DNA of 64,000 nt, from assembly GCA_963665115.1 (NCBI GenBank), contig OY762007.1:512001-576000 (forward strand), given 5' to 3'. The notes beneath the pieces were generated by a model. That model was not told the origin of the DNA, ran no database searches, and saw nothing but the letters and a program-made list of their open reading frames with translations. Below, in pieces: positions 11,101 to 20,343 of this stretch; the stretch's first letter is position 1, and each line of letters begins with the position of its first letter. The position numbers and the translations under genes are program-made. Source of the DNA: an uncultured Rivularia sp. GTDB taxonomy: Bacteria; Cyanobacteriota; Cyanobacteriia; Cyanobacteriales; Nostocaceae.

Positions 11101-11608
11101 TCATCCCATCAAGCAAATCCTCCGTCGCTAAAACACGCCGACTAATATCAATTACACAACCATCCCAAACAACATCACCACATGGTTGAAGCACGGGTTG
11201 AGAAACTCCATACAGCCACTTTTGTTTACCGCTACGAGTAATAATTCGCCATTCCGACTCCCATCTTTGTAAACTTTGAGCGGATATCTCAATTGCTTTG
11301 TTTAATTTAATCAAATCATCATCATGAACCATTTCAAACAGCAAATCGGGATTTTGCTGCACCTCATCCGGCTCCAACTCGTAAAATTCTCGACATCGAG
11401 AAGAAACGTAGGGAAAAGACATCGTACCATCTTTGGCAAGTTGAAACTTATAAATCATCCCCGGAATATTGTCAGCGGCATATTGAAATTCAACCTCCTG
11501 CTGACATAGCTTCTCCTCCAAATCGGAAACCCTTTCCCGAAGCTTCACCAACTCCCCTTTCAAAGAATCATAAATACCTTTATCAATAGTAATGAGATTG
11601 TTTTCCAT
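8135..11608 (-). CDS. Multi-PAS/GAF sensor histidine kinase
   Basis: Several PAS/PAC repeats, a GAF segment, H-box VAHEINNP, N box, G boxes (DNGSG, FFTTK, GTGLGL). Confidence 0.93.
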   Translation of the reverse strand: MENNLITIDKGIYDSLKGELVKLRERVSDLEEKLCQQEVEFQYAADNIPGMIYKFQLAKDGTMSFPYVSSRCREFYELEPDEVQQNPDLLFEMVHDDDLIKLNKAIEISAQSLQRWESEWRIITRSGKQKWLYGVSQPVLQPCGDVVWDGCVIDISRRVLATEDLLDGMKNATSCLLTTQDYDKSIDAALAELGKATAIDRIYIFENHSPKVTKELFLSQRWEWVKDGVNSEQDYPLLQNLSYNDFSPLWYEQLSQGESIISLEDKSQFQGSRSILVIPIQVKGKWWGFIGFEDYTTLHQWSDAQKSILQAFTINLGGAISWRLDASPIAQHEIEYELKCLNKDLELRVKEKTNTVAETETRLKRLAANVPGMLYQYRLYNNGDVRFSYVSDGCRELFGVEPEQIRRNSGILTNMIHPDDVACFDRSIVNSVRTLNNWEHEFRITTPSKKEKWLQGFARLEQQSDDSIFWDGCIIDITERKLVEAKTREQEQFLRSVYDGSEHVIFVIDILEDHDFVLQGWNTACERATGMKSEDIKGKALEEVFGNVAAKEVRKRYLSCVEAKAPITYEECLDFDGNLSWWFTTLNPLKDAGGKIYRLVGTTSEITQFKKAEEVIRSSEQNLRTLLDSVYDAIIIHDLDGNILDVNEQMLQMYGISRSEAKKMSIMVDLSSSDNPHEQFFQTFEKVMNEDGQLFEWKAKRPHDNYTFDVEVFLRKVTLNSKDIILANVRDISERKKVEAEIQEKQHFIERITDSSPSTIYIYDLEKQQNVYTNHEIAAILGYSRQEIKEMGNNLLANTLHPEDLEKVVSSFQETAVCEDGEINESEYRVKQVNGEYRWLYGRDTVFTRNQDGKVTQILGVATDITERKLAEIELQNTLDKLKTTQAQLIQSEKMSSLGQMVAGVAHEINNPVNFIHGNITPATQYALDLLKVLELYQQHYPNPPEDIQEEIETVELEFLKEDFIKMLNSMKQGTQRIREIVLSLRNFSRLDEAQFKPVDIHQGIDSTLMILQNRLKAKPNFPEIEIVKQYASLPLVDCFPSQLNQVLMNILANAIDALESQKSLSTPQIQIHTKLLDRNLISIHLSDNGSGISPEIQSKLFDPFFTTKEVGKGTGLGLSISYQIVVNKHGGNLSCKSTPGEGTEFIIEIPVVQTDN

Positions 11609-11925
11609 AGTCTCATCAGCCGTTACAGCGGCTTATTTTATATAAAATTTATTCTTTCCTACTTATAATTCCCAAAAAACACCTGCTTTACAACATCTGC
11701 TTAATCTAATTTTGAAGGAATAGGGAACGGGGAATAAATAATATTCTGCAAGTAGCTCTCAAAGCATCATTTTAAATCTTATAGTCTCAAAATCCTCATA
11801 TTTATACCTCCTCCTCCTTCTTAACTCAGCTTACTCCGCGTCAAGCATCGGTTTATCATTTTCACACCCTACAAAAAGATTATTTTTGAACTTCTCATTA
11901 CTCATTACTTATTACTTATTACTCC

Positions 11926-13398
11926 TTACTCCCCATTCAACAACTCTCCCAACCGATGGTTAATCAAAATCCCCTTCAAAGAATTATTTTCAGCCTTTAA
12001 AGCCAAATTTTCAGCTTCCAACTCCTTAATCCTCTCCTTCAAAGCTTCCTTACTAGTGCCATTTCGGTGAATAACCACCTCCTGATAAATTTGTAAATTC
12101 GTATCCTCACTCATCCACCGTTGATAAGTCTTGGTATGCTCCTGTACGGTATGTCCCATATAATCAGCCATAGTCTTAATTGGCACCTGTAAACGATGTC
12201 CCCGAATTGCAAAAGCATGACGTAGATCGTAAGGTTTAAAACCGATACCAATATTTCTAAACTTGATATGAATTAAAGCCGTTTTATTACTTAAACTTCC
12301 CCCAGCTTGGGGTAACTTAATATTCTTTAAATCAAATAATTCTATCCAGTGAGGATACAAAGGAGGAATCCCACAACTTCTTTCACCAGTCTTAGTACCT
12401 TCAGTCAAACTCGGATTTAAATAAACTAAATGAAACTGATTATTTGTATCGGTAAAAGCTTCTAAATCAATCGCAAACAATTCATGAGGTCTTAAACCGT
12501 AAGTAGCTAACATACCATATAGCCACTGCCACTGTTCCGGTTGCGTTACCTCCTTACTAGCATAACTTGACAACGCTTCTCCAATAGTAGAAAAACCATT
12601 CACAACCTCTTCATCAGAAGGGATTTTACGTAAACTAGGTTGCGGTAACGGAGTTGCATAAGAATCGATAATTTTACCACTATCAAACTCGCAAAACTGA
12701 CAAAACTTTCTTAATTGCCAAGCCAAATAAAATCTAGAATTACTTAATGGTCTAGTATTCTTCAAAGCAGCTTCCAAAGCATTTTTAGTTAAATATTCAT
12801 CTTGAGCTAGCTTTTTTAGATGTCGTAAATAATGGCTTTCCCAAGTTTTAACACCCTGCCTATTTTTCTCATGAGTCTTCCAAAATTCCTCTTGATAATC
12901 TTCAATTAATTCCCCAATCGTTTTAACTAGACTTTTATCTCCATCAGGAATTAACTTCTGAGCCTTTTTACCTAATAACTCAGGAGTCCATTGAAACTGC
13001 TTCGTCATTAACAACAAATCCAACTCCCGAGCCTTGGCAACAGCAGTTTTTAAACCCACATCATTAGCCGCAAAACCTAACGAAATGGTATACTGTCTGT
13101 TAGAACTATTATTTTTACCAATATCTCCGGATTTACAGGGAAAAGTACCTTGTAAAGCGATGGTTTTGCCATTCGTTAATTTAAGCTTAACTTTTACTCT
13201 ATCTAAATTTAAAGCCAAATTAGCCTGTATAACGCTATATTTTATTCGCAAATACTCGCGTTCTAACTTAACAAACTCATCCTTAGCAGACACTTTTGCC
13301 TTCCACAGCTTCCATTTAGAAGGTTCCCATTTATCTATAGGTATACCTTCCCATTCAGCATTGCGTAGATTATAAGTACTATTTTGGTTGTTAGACAT
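11926..13398 (-). CDS. XisA/XisC-family tyrosine recombinase
   Basis: YGMLATYGLRPHE, KTGER, FKPYDLRHAFAIR, ADYMGH....HTKTYQRW, C-terminal coiled coil; N-terminal QYTISL...N..GLK.A as in XisA. Start taken at ATG 13398. Confidence 0.88.
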   Translation of the reverse strand: MSNNQNSTYNLRNAEWEGIPIDKWEPSKWKLWKAKVSAKDEFVKLEREYLRIKYSVIQANLALNLDRVKVKLKLTNGKTIALQGTFPCKSGDIGKNNSSNRQYTISLGFAANDVGLKTAVAKARELDLLLMTKQFQWTPELLGKKAQKLIPDGDKSLVKTIGELIEDYQEEFWKTHEKNRQGVKTWESHYLRHLKKLAQDEYLTKNALEAALKNTRPLSNSRFYLAWQLRKFCQFCEFDSGKIIDSYATPLPQPSLRKIPSDEEVVNGFSTIGEALSSYASKEVTQPEQWQWLYGMLATYGLRPHELFAIDLEAFTDTNNQFHLVYLNPSLTEGTKTGERSCGIPPLYPHWIELFDLKNIKLPQAGGSLSNKTALIHIKFRNIGIGFKPYDLRHAFAIRGHRLQVPIKTMADYMGHTVQEHTKTYQRWMSEDTNLQIYQEVVIHRNGTSKEALKERIKELEAENLALKAENNSLKGILINHRLGELLNGE

Positions 13399-13637
13399 AA
13401 GTCCTGTTTTACTATCTTTTAAACAATAAAATAAATAAAAGTTAAGAGTTAGTAGTTCAAGCAATGATTTAGAAATTCAAAGTTCACAATTGTCTCCTTG
13501 TCCCCATTCCCTAATCCCTAACTTTGTAAAATTGCAGCTTGCTAACATTAAAAAAATTTCCGATTTTAGTTATAAATTGTTACTGAACACATATAAGTGA
13601 TACTGAAATACAAAGAAATACTTAGGGGTATAACACT

Positions 13638-14276
13638 ATGAACAAATTTTTCCGTAACAAAAAAAGATATATTTTCCCTTTGATGTTATCAGCAATGGCG
13701 ATCGCCGCAAGCAGCTGTGGTTCAGATCCAAGTGTTGACAGCGTAGGGCAAACACCATCCGACGAAACCCCAGTTGCTAGCAGTCCATTTCCCTCCGATA
13801 GCAGCGAAACCCAGGTACCTAAAACCGAAATAACACAATCACCATCGCCAACAGCTAAAACAGCCCCATTTGGAACAGAAACAGTCCCAACATCAGAAAC
13901 CCCCAATCAAAATAAAACTGGGAATCTCAAAAATTCCGACATCACACTATTTACAAGTGATTTAGAATGTCAAAATTTAGTACCTCAAAAAGTAACAGTA
14001 TCAGCTAACGAACCAGTAAAAGATGCAGTAGGTAAAATTATTGCATCAAAAAATACAGCCGATATTAACATCTCCAACTATCGAGTTAACGTTAACAGCG
14101 GAATGGCCACAGTAGATTTCCGCATACCTCCCGATTCTCCAAGACAATTAGTCTCCCTTTCAAGTTGCGAACAATTCACCTTATTCAAAAGCATTGAAAA
14201 AACCTTAACCAGCAACCCCAAATGGAGGATCAGAAACGTTCGCTTTACCCAGTCTGGTGAAGAAATTTATTTATAA
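13638..14276 (+). CDS. Lipoprotein with GerMN-like C-terminal domain
   Basis: Signal peptide with lipobox (AASSC), S/T/P linker, ATVDF...SSCEQ...I.KTL. Confidence 0.7.
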   Translation: MNKFFRNKKRYIFPLMLSAMAIAASSCGSDPSVDSVGQTPSDETPVASSPFPSDSSETQVPKTEITQSPSPTAKTAPFGTETVPTSETPNQNKTGNLKNSDITLFTSDLECQNLVPQKVTVSANEPVKDAVGKIIASKNTADINISNYRVNVNSGMATVDFRIPPDSPRQLVSLSSCEQFTLFKSIEKTLTSNPKWRIRNVRFTQSGEEIYL

Positions 14277-14305
14277 ATTGTTGGTAGTTAGTTGATATTT
14301 GTTAG

Positions 14306-14337
14306 AAGCCCGGTTGTTTACAAACTCGGGTTTTTTA
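14306..14337 (+). terminator. Rho-independent terminator
   Basis: GC hairpin followed by a T tract after the GerMN gene. Confidence 0.6.
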
Positions 14338-14354
14338 TTTTAATTAATTATTTT

Positions 14355-14690
14355 GTAGGGTGTGTAACTAAGGCGTTGACTTTAATAGGATTTTTCCGTT
14401 TTTGATTCATACAACTTTGATGCCGGTAGTAATCCTAACACTCGTCCCTCACCCCGCCTCCGGGGAGAGGGATTTGGGATAATTTTTTAGCAATTAAAAA
14501 GGTACAAAGTCAACAGTCTGTGTCTGACGCTTTTGGTAATCTCATTCATAATTACAATACTTATAGCGTCACGCACCATTATTAAGCTGTTACGCACTTA
14601 ATTTGTATAGTACTAGCGGGCTGTTCGGCCCGCACTACAATAATTCCAATTTTTTTTTAAATACAACTTAGCTGCACATCAGCTTATTTT
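14355..14690. repeat. Cluster of nested MITE/REP-like elements
   Basis: Inverted ends GTTGACTTT...AAAGTCAAC (~14374..14516) and TAAGCTG...CAGCTTA (~14583..14686); internal hairpin GCGGGCTGTTCGGCCCGC. Confidence 0.55.
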
Positions 14691-14765
14691 GTTTATTAAC
14701 AGACGTGATGCGTTAGATGTAATTTAAATTATTGACTTCTCCCTCGGCTAGAAGCGCGAGGGATT

Positions 14766-16202
14766 CTAAACTGATGTTGCTACGCCGGATAAAATCCGAG
14801 CGGAGCAACGTTTACGATATGATTTATTTAATCGCGCAAACAATTCATACCGTTGTGGCACAGTCAAAGATGCCCTACCCACCTCGGCTAGATTCAATTC
14901 TAGCTGTGTGGCTACTTTTCTCATGATGTTAGCCGCACCATTACAATCTGCATTGATGATGTACCCATCACGACTTTTATACATTCCGCGTTTTACTCGA
15001 TTACCTGATGCTTTCCAACTTACGGGTTTTTCACCGTGTTTCGGTAGAGAATCACCATCAAGAAAAGACGCTTTTGAAGTATATGCCTCTTCGGTAATTG
15101 TTAATTGTATTCCGTATTCTGGGCAAAGTTGTTTTAGTCGGTTAATCAACCGTTTTGTAGGGATAGCAACAAAATTTTGATTACCGCGTTTACCCATGTT
15201 GGAACCATTTTTCTGTTCATCATTCCAGCCAATAATCAGATTACCAACTCCATCGTTAAGGCACTGATTAATAATGAATCTTGCTGCTTTGTTAACAGCA
15301 TCACGCATTTGGTTGTTGCGTTTGCGTTGTACACGATCAAGATTAGAATCCCAGTATAAATCAGGTTTGCCCTGCTTATATTTGGCAACTAAACGACAAT
15401 AACCTTGATTCATCGCTTTAAGTTTTCGACCATCTATAATTAAGCTTTTGCCACGAGTTGAAACTCCAGTTAACCAATTTGTACTGCCGTGGTCAAAACT
15501 CCATGCTTGTGTGTAATCAAGATTGGGGTTAACATCTATCGGGTGTTTTCCATCATCAATAACCCAATCAATCCACAATTCGCCTTTTGAAGGACGAACC
15601 GTTACTTCTTTGACCCAATCAAAATCAATAAAATCGGGTAATTGTAGGGTTATTTCTGTTAATAAATGTGGCTTCGTTTCTTTGCTGATTGACGGGTAAA
15701 AACAACCGTTTTTCCAAGTGAGAGCCTGACGGGGAAATGTAACCGCAGCCAAACCACCACTTTTTCTGTATTTAGGGAGTGATGGTCTTCTTACAAAGTT
15801 CGACGGGACGGAAACCGACCCCGCCGACTTTGCGCTATCAACTTCACCACGATAATAAGCTTTAACCAACCCGTTGTAACTGGTTATTGACTCGCCCACA
15901 GACTTCAAGGTTTGCTGTGCTGATTGTGCAGCCATTGCCTTGTAATGAGGATTGTTTTTGAGTATTTTATCTAACTCCGGGTAAGCTGTATTGCACCGAT
16001 AAGTTTTCCACCCGTAACGCAGTTCATCGCCACGCCAATAAACACAAAACGCATCCTCATTGTTTTGCAGTATCGCATAATGTCGTTGACGTGTTTCGTA
16101 CACTGCCGAGTTAATAAGACTGTTGGCGTGTTCGCATTGGTCAACCCAAAATGCTTTTTCTTCATCTGTAAACTTCGCTTTTAGCGGTATTGTTCTGTAC
16201 AA
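14766..16202 (-). CDS. tnpB: TnpB RNA-guided endonuclease
   Basis: AQSAQQTL, RuvC motifs FDHG, EEAYTSK, INADCNGAANI. Confidence 0.9.
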   Translation of the reverse strand: MYRTIPLKAKFTDEEKAFWVDQCEHANSLINSAVYETRQRHYAILQNNEDAFCVYWRGDELRYGWKTYRCNTAYPELDKILKNNPHYKAMAAQSAQQTLKSVGESITSYNGLVKAYYRGEVDSAKSAGSVSVPSNFVRRPSLPKYRKSGGLAAVTFPRQALTWKNGCFYPSISKETKPHLLTEITLQLPDFIDFDWVKEVTVRPSKGELWIDWVIDDGKHPIDVNPNLDYTQAWSFDHGSTNWLTGVSTRGKSLIIDGRKLKAMNQGYCRLVAKYKQGKPDLYWDSNLDRVQRKRNNQMRDAVNKAARFIINQCLNDGVGNLIIGWNDEQKNGSNMGKRGNQNFVAIPTKRLINRLKQLCPEYGIQLTITEEAYTSKASFLDGDSLPKHGEKPVSWKASGNRVKRGMYKSRDGYIINADCNGAANIMRKVATQLELNLAEVGRASLTVPQRYELFARLNKSYRKRCSARILSGVATSV

Positions 16203-16271
16203 TTTGTCATCACTTCCTATTTTTTATTATTGTTGCTACTACGTATTCTAACAACAGTATACCGTAAAATT

Positions 16272-16685
16272 ATGGCTAAACTTTCAGAAAAAGATTACGA
16301 GTACAGACGTACTGAAAATTCTGTGTCATCAATAAATTATCATTTTGTCTTTGTCCCGAAACGCCGTAAACCCGTGTTGGTGAAAGATGTAGCTAAGCGG
16401 TTGCAAGATATTATTTTTGAGTTAACGACAGAGCATGGCTGGAAATTAATTGCTTTGGAAGTTATGCCTGACCATGTTCACTTGTTTTTAAATACACCTA
16501 CCCACGAATCACCCGCAGATATTGCTAGATGGGTAAAACGTCGAGCATCCCATCATCTTAGAAAAGAGTTTCCGCAACTAAAAAAACTACCGTCTTTGTG
16601 GACACCAACCTATTTTGTAGCTTCAACAGGTCAACTCAGCACTGAGGTAGTTAAAAAGTATATTGAAAATCAACGTGGGAAATAA
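16272..16685 (+). CDS. tnpA: IS200-type HUH (Y1) transposase
   Basis: YHFVFVPKRR, DHVHLF, LW.P.YFV, KYIENQ. Confidence 0.93.
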   Translation: MAKLSEKDYEYRRTENSVSSINYHFVFVPKRRKPVLVKDVAKRLQDIIFELTTEHGWKLIALEVMPDHVHLFLNTPTHESPADIARWVKRRASHHLRKEFPQLKKLPSLWTPTYFVASTGQLSTEVVKKYIENQRGK

Positions 16686-16855
16686 AGAAACACCGGGTTA
16701 AAACCCGTCGCGTCGCGTTTCATCCCCTCCTTAAAAGGTAGGGGTTTCTCACGTTCACGGTTAATTTGATAGCAGTACGTCTAACACAACGGCAATATTG
16801 TGGGAAGAAAATCTACACCCCAATTTGCCTCCCCTACAAGAATTATCTTTAACAG

Positions 16856-17119
16856 CTAATTGCTCTTTTCCAAAAGCCACTTTTCTAGCAATTCAGTCAT
16901 AATATCGCTCATTTGACGGTCCTCAGCAGCAGATGCTAACTTTAAACTTCGATGCAGTTTCTTGGGCAAATAAACAGTTGTCCGAACATAATCTGGATCG
17001 GTACTTTTGCTTTTAAAAGTAACTTTTTCTTCAGTTAACTCCTGTGGCTTATCCCGTTTTTGACGGGAACGAGCAGCATCAATTAATTCATCAAAACGGC
17101 TAGTTTTCTTTTTACTCAA
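16856..17119 (-). CDS. Small ParA partner protein (ribbon-helix-helix/CopG-like)
   Basis: KSTDPDYVRTTVYLPKKLHRSLK...MSDIMTELL; overlaps the parA stop. Confidence 0.75.
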   Translation of the reverse strand: MSKKKTSRFDELIDAARSRQKRDKPQELTEEKVTFKSKSTDPDYVRTTVYLPKKLHRSLKLASAAEDRQMSDIMTELLEKWLLEKSN

Positions 17120-17706
17120 GATAAAATCTCCTTCCCAACTTCAGCATAACATCGCCATGCAACTTGCGCGTAAGCATCATCTACAGCATTAACTGGTACT
17201 CCTTCTAAAGCTGCTCTCTGAAATACCGCAAGTCGTTTAATTCCTGTTTTAAAAATAGGTACTTTAGCATTTTTTAAAGCTAATTTAGCCTCTTCTCCCG
17301 ACTTATTCGGATTTGGAGGAATGATAGTTAATAAAATCCGATAATTAGCTTTTAGTTTAATAAGTAATCCAACCATTTGCATGGTAGCAGCTAATGCAAT
17401 TGCATCTGGTGTTGTCGGTATAATGATTAAATCGCAACCGCGAGCAATGCTTTTTAATTCCTCTAAACTAGGTTTAGTAGGAGTGTCAATTACTATATGT
17501 TCGTATAAAGCAGCTAAACTAATTCCATCATCCTCATCAGCCACTTTAAACGGTAAACTACCACGGTTCGACCAGTGTAGCGCACTACGATTCAAATCTC
17601 CGTCCACCAACAGTGTATCAGCCTTAGTTTGCAGGTATGTTGCAAGGTGTAATGCAGTTATAGACTTACCTACACCCCCTTTGAAAGCCGCTACAGTAAT
17701 AATCAT
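17116..17706 (-). CDS. parA: ParA-family ATPase (short, type Ib-like)
   Basis: Deviant Walker A FKGGVGKS, LLVDGD.N, VIDTP. Confidence 0.88.
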   Translation of the reverse strand: MIITVAAFKGGVGKSITALHLATYLQTKADTLLVDGDLNRSALHWSNRGSLPFKVADEDDGISLAALYEHIVIDTPTKPSLEELKSIARGCDLIIIPTTPDAIALAATMQMVGLLIKLKANYRILLTIIPPNPNKSGEEAKLALKNAKVPIFKTGIKRLAVFQRAALEGVPVNAVDDAYAQVAWRCYAEVGKEILS

Positions 17707-17758
17707 TTTTTCCAATATAAAAACTTATACCGTACAAATTTTACAGTACATTATTTGC

Positions 17759-17848
17759 GATGTCTAAACATCTAAATGTGTGAATGTTACATAAATGTCT
17801 AGATATACAGACACTTTTATAACATCTAGATGTTTAAACATTTAAATG
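17759..17848. promoter_or_regulatory. Array of palindromic repeats (ACATCTAGATGT-like), candidate operator/centromere
   Basis: TGTCTAAACATCTAAATGT, ATGTCTAGATAT, ACATCTAGATGTTTAAACATTTAAATG directly upstream of parA. Confidence 0.55.
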
Positions 17849-18249
17849 CAAAATTTGTTAAGTGCATAAAATAATACATTACAAAAGAAAAGTACTCAAT
17901 ATATAAGTGTAAAAATAATTAAAATATTAAATATTTGTATGCTTAGTAATTTCTAAAATAATTTACCTGTAAAAAATCAAAAAACCGTATTCAAATAAAG
18001 GGTAAGTAGGAATAAAAAATAAGACTAAATATTTTCCTCAATCCCTCAAAGTAAAAATTTCCTATTTCCGATATGTAACAAGACCGGATAGACACCTGAT
18101 ATACAGATGTTCTACAATCTGACCGATCGCAGTAAGTTTACTCATTGCATAATAAAAAAAGACATGATAATAAAATTTTCTCTGCCATCTACTCGATAGC
18201 AGAAGTATCCTATATAGATAGGAATATATAAAAATGAAGGGTAAACAAT

Positions 18250-18372
18250 ATGGATGTAAAGGTAATTCTAGTAGCACTAACAGTCGTATTCAGCGTGTCA
18301 TGCTTGATTTTCGGCACTAAGAACGGGTTTTATGATTCCGATAACTATCACGGAAATGGTTCCGCTCATTAA
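18250..18372 (+). CDS. ndhP: NDH-1L small subunit NdhP
   Basis: Manual translation MDVKVILVALTVVFSVSCLIFGTKNGFYDSDNYHGNGSAH; one TM helix plus the characteristic GFYD.D.YHGNGSAH tail; below the ORF-track size cutoff. Confidence 0.92.
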   Translation: MDVKVILVALTVVFSVSCLIFGTKNGFYDSDNYHGNGSAH

Positions 18373-18567
18373 AGATAAATTCGACCGTTATTGAAGTAGA
18401 CGGAGAGGATAGAAATGTATAGCGTTTCTTAACTTCCTCTCCTCTTTCTTGTCTAATAAAGGCTTTTTAATTAATTGTTTATCCGAAATCCGTCTTAAAA
18501 ACTTTGGGGAAGAATATTTCCTCGTCAAGTTTCCGCAAAATTTAAAATCTGTCGATGCTTAGTTTTG

Positions 18568-18657
18568 GGGGAAGAAAATCTACACCCCAACGCCACTTAT
18601 CTCAACGCGGGAAAGCCCCGCACGAGAATGGCTCAACTTTCCGCAAAATCCAAAATT
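18568..18657. repeat. Composite small dispersed repeats
   Basis: GGGAAGAAAATCTACACCCCA is also at ~16802; AACTTTCCGCAAAATCCAAAATT is the reverse complement of 30226..30248; GCCAC...TGGC hairpin related to 25274..25318. Confidence 0.6.
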
Positions 18658-18671
18658 TACTGGGAGGATAT

Positions 18672-20324
18672 ATGAGCGGATTTTATTCAATAGTCTCTCT
18701 TGATGAAGGGGAAAGCCAAAGCGAATTAGAATGCTTACCCTATGGTGTTCATCAAGACGGTGAAGGTATGTGTTTGTTAGTGCGAATGGGTCCCCATCGT
18801 ATAATGTTGGACTGCGGTTTGGAAGACATTTCACCCTTAGCAGAAAAGTTGAAAAAGTCAGCACGTCCGGATAACACTCCTTTACCAGCCGACATTGTAC
18901 TAGTAACTCATGCTCATCCAGACCATGCTAGGGGATTATTAGCGCTACACGAAACATTTCCTCTTTTACCAATTTATGGGAGTGAAGTAACTTGTAAGCT
19001 GCTACCGCTAAATTGGTTAGACAAAAATAGTAAAGAAACCCACTCACTCTTCCAAGCATTAGAACTGCGTACAACTGTAGAGCTTAAAGAAAATCTTACC
19101 GTAGAACTTTTTCCCTGCGGACATTTACCGGGTGCAGTCGCAATTTTGCTTACCTATACAACTTACGAACGCGCCTATAAATTGCTTTATACGGGAGACT
19201 TTTTTCTATCTAACTCCCGATTAGTAGAAGGTTTTCGTTTAGAAGAATTGCGCGGAATCGAATTAGATGTGTTGATCGTAGAAGGCAGCTACGGTACCGC
19301 TCGTCATCCCCATCGCCGCAATCAAGAAAATCAACTAGCAGAAAGAATAAATCAGGCGATCGCGAATGGTTCTTCAGTATTAATGCCTACCCCAGCATTA
19401 GGGTTAGGTCAAGAATTACTCATGCTTCTCCGCAGTCACCATCACTTTACCGGTAGGGATATAGATATTTGGGTTGATGGAAATGTTGCAGCGGGATGCG
19501 ATGCTTATTTGGAATTGATGCCCCATCTTCCCCCATCGGTACAAAACTTTGCCCGACATCAACCGTTATTTTGGGATGAACGAGTGCGCCCCCGCGTGCG
19601 TCGTTTAGAAGATTCCCAAAGAAGTAACGTTGGAAATTCTCCCTGTATAATTCTTACAGACTCCACGACCGATTTAAAAGAATATTGTCAACCACAAACA
19701 GGTTCTTGGCTGATCTTACAGCCAGAAAAAACCGGAATTGAAGCTTCCCAATATTCCGAACTAGGTACCGTCGAAAGCTACCTCCTCGCACAACATAGCG
19801 ATGGCCCCGGTACCACTCAATTAATTCACAATTTACGACCACAACACGTGGTTTTCGTCCACGGCTCGGCAGCTTACCTGGCAGATTTAACGGGATTAGA
19901 AGAACTGCAAAACCGCTATCACGTTCATTCTCCCGAAATTCAAACTTTAGTTCAGCTTCCTATCGGCGATACATTTTTACAACCCGCAGCACCAGATACG
20001 AATTATGAAGGCGAACTGACTCAACTAGATACGGCAATCTTAATTACACTTTCAGATAATATAAAAAACGATCCCCGATGGCAACAATTCGCCGACACCG
20101 GATTAATTGAAGCACGCTGGCAAGGAGAAGAACTCGTATTGAGAGGTTTAACCCAAAAAGAACTGCTCAACCAAAATAGCGATCGCAACATTTGGTCATC
20201 GTTGGATTGCTGCGGCACCTGCAAACATCAAAGGGGACAACGGTGTTGGAATACCGCGTCCCCTTTATATAACTTTAAAGTAACATTAGAAGGTTACTGC
20301 CCAGCGTTTGAAAGTGATGAATAG
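18672..20324 (+). CDS. MBL-fold metallo-hydrolase (beta-CASP ribonuclease-like) with C-terminal Cys-rich motif
   Basis: LDCG, THAHPDH, GHLPGA, YTGDF, EGSYG, HSDG, FVHG; RBS GGAGG precedes ATG 18672. Confidence 0.88.
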   Translation: MSGFYSIVSLDEGESQSELECLPYGVHQDGEGMCLLVRMGPHRIMLDCGLEDISPLAEKLKKSARPDNTPLPADIVLVTHAHPDHARGLLALHETFPLLPIYGSEVTCKLLPLNWLDKNSKETHSLFQALELRTTVELKENLTVELFPCGHLPGAVAILLTYTTYERAYKLLYTGDFFLSNSRLVEGFRLEELRGIELDVLIVEGSYGTARHPHRRNQENQLAERINQAIANGSSVLMPTPALGLGQELLMLLRSHHHFTGRDIDIWVDGNVAAGCDAYLELMPHLPPSVQNFARHQPLFWDERVRPRVRRLEDSQRSNVGNSPCIILTDSTTDLKEYCQPQTGSWLILQPEKTGIEASQYSELGTVESYLLAQHSDGPGTTQLIHNLRPQHVVFVHGSAAYLADLTGLEELQNRYHVHSPEIQTLVQLPIGDTFLQPAAPDTNYEGELTQLDTAILITLSDNIKNDPRWQQFADTGLIEARWQGEELVLRGLTQKELLNQNSDRNIWSSLDCCGTCKHQRGQRCWNTASPLYNFKVTLEGYCPAFESDE

Positions 20325-20343
20325 CAACAAGCTCTTGGCTCTT

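Larger units (their letters stand above)
14732..16760. mobile_element. IS200/IS605-family element with divergent tnpA and tnpB
   Basis: Right end on the minus strand is GAAT + hairpin + TCAA ending at 14732; left-end hairpin CCCCTCCTTAAAAGGTAGGGG near 16724-16744; left boundary approximate. Confidence 0.85.

Noticed and set aside
11828..11838. AGCTTACTCCG resembles the nifD-element recombination site GGATTACTCCG, just downstream of the Xis-like gene
   Set aside because: Only a partial match, no second copy seen, and no split gene
18555..18671. N-terminal extension of the MBL hydrolase in the ORF track
   Set aside because: Made of dispersed repeat sequence; a good RBS precedes ATG 18672
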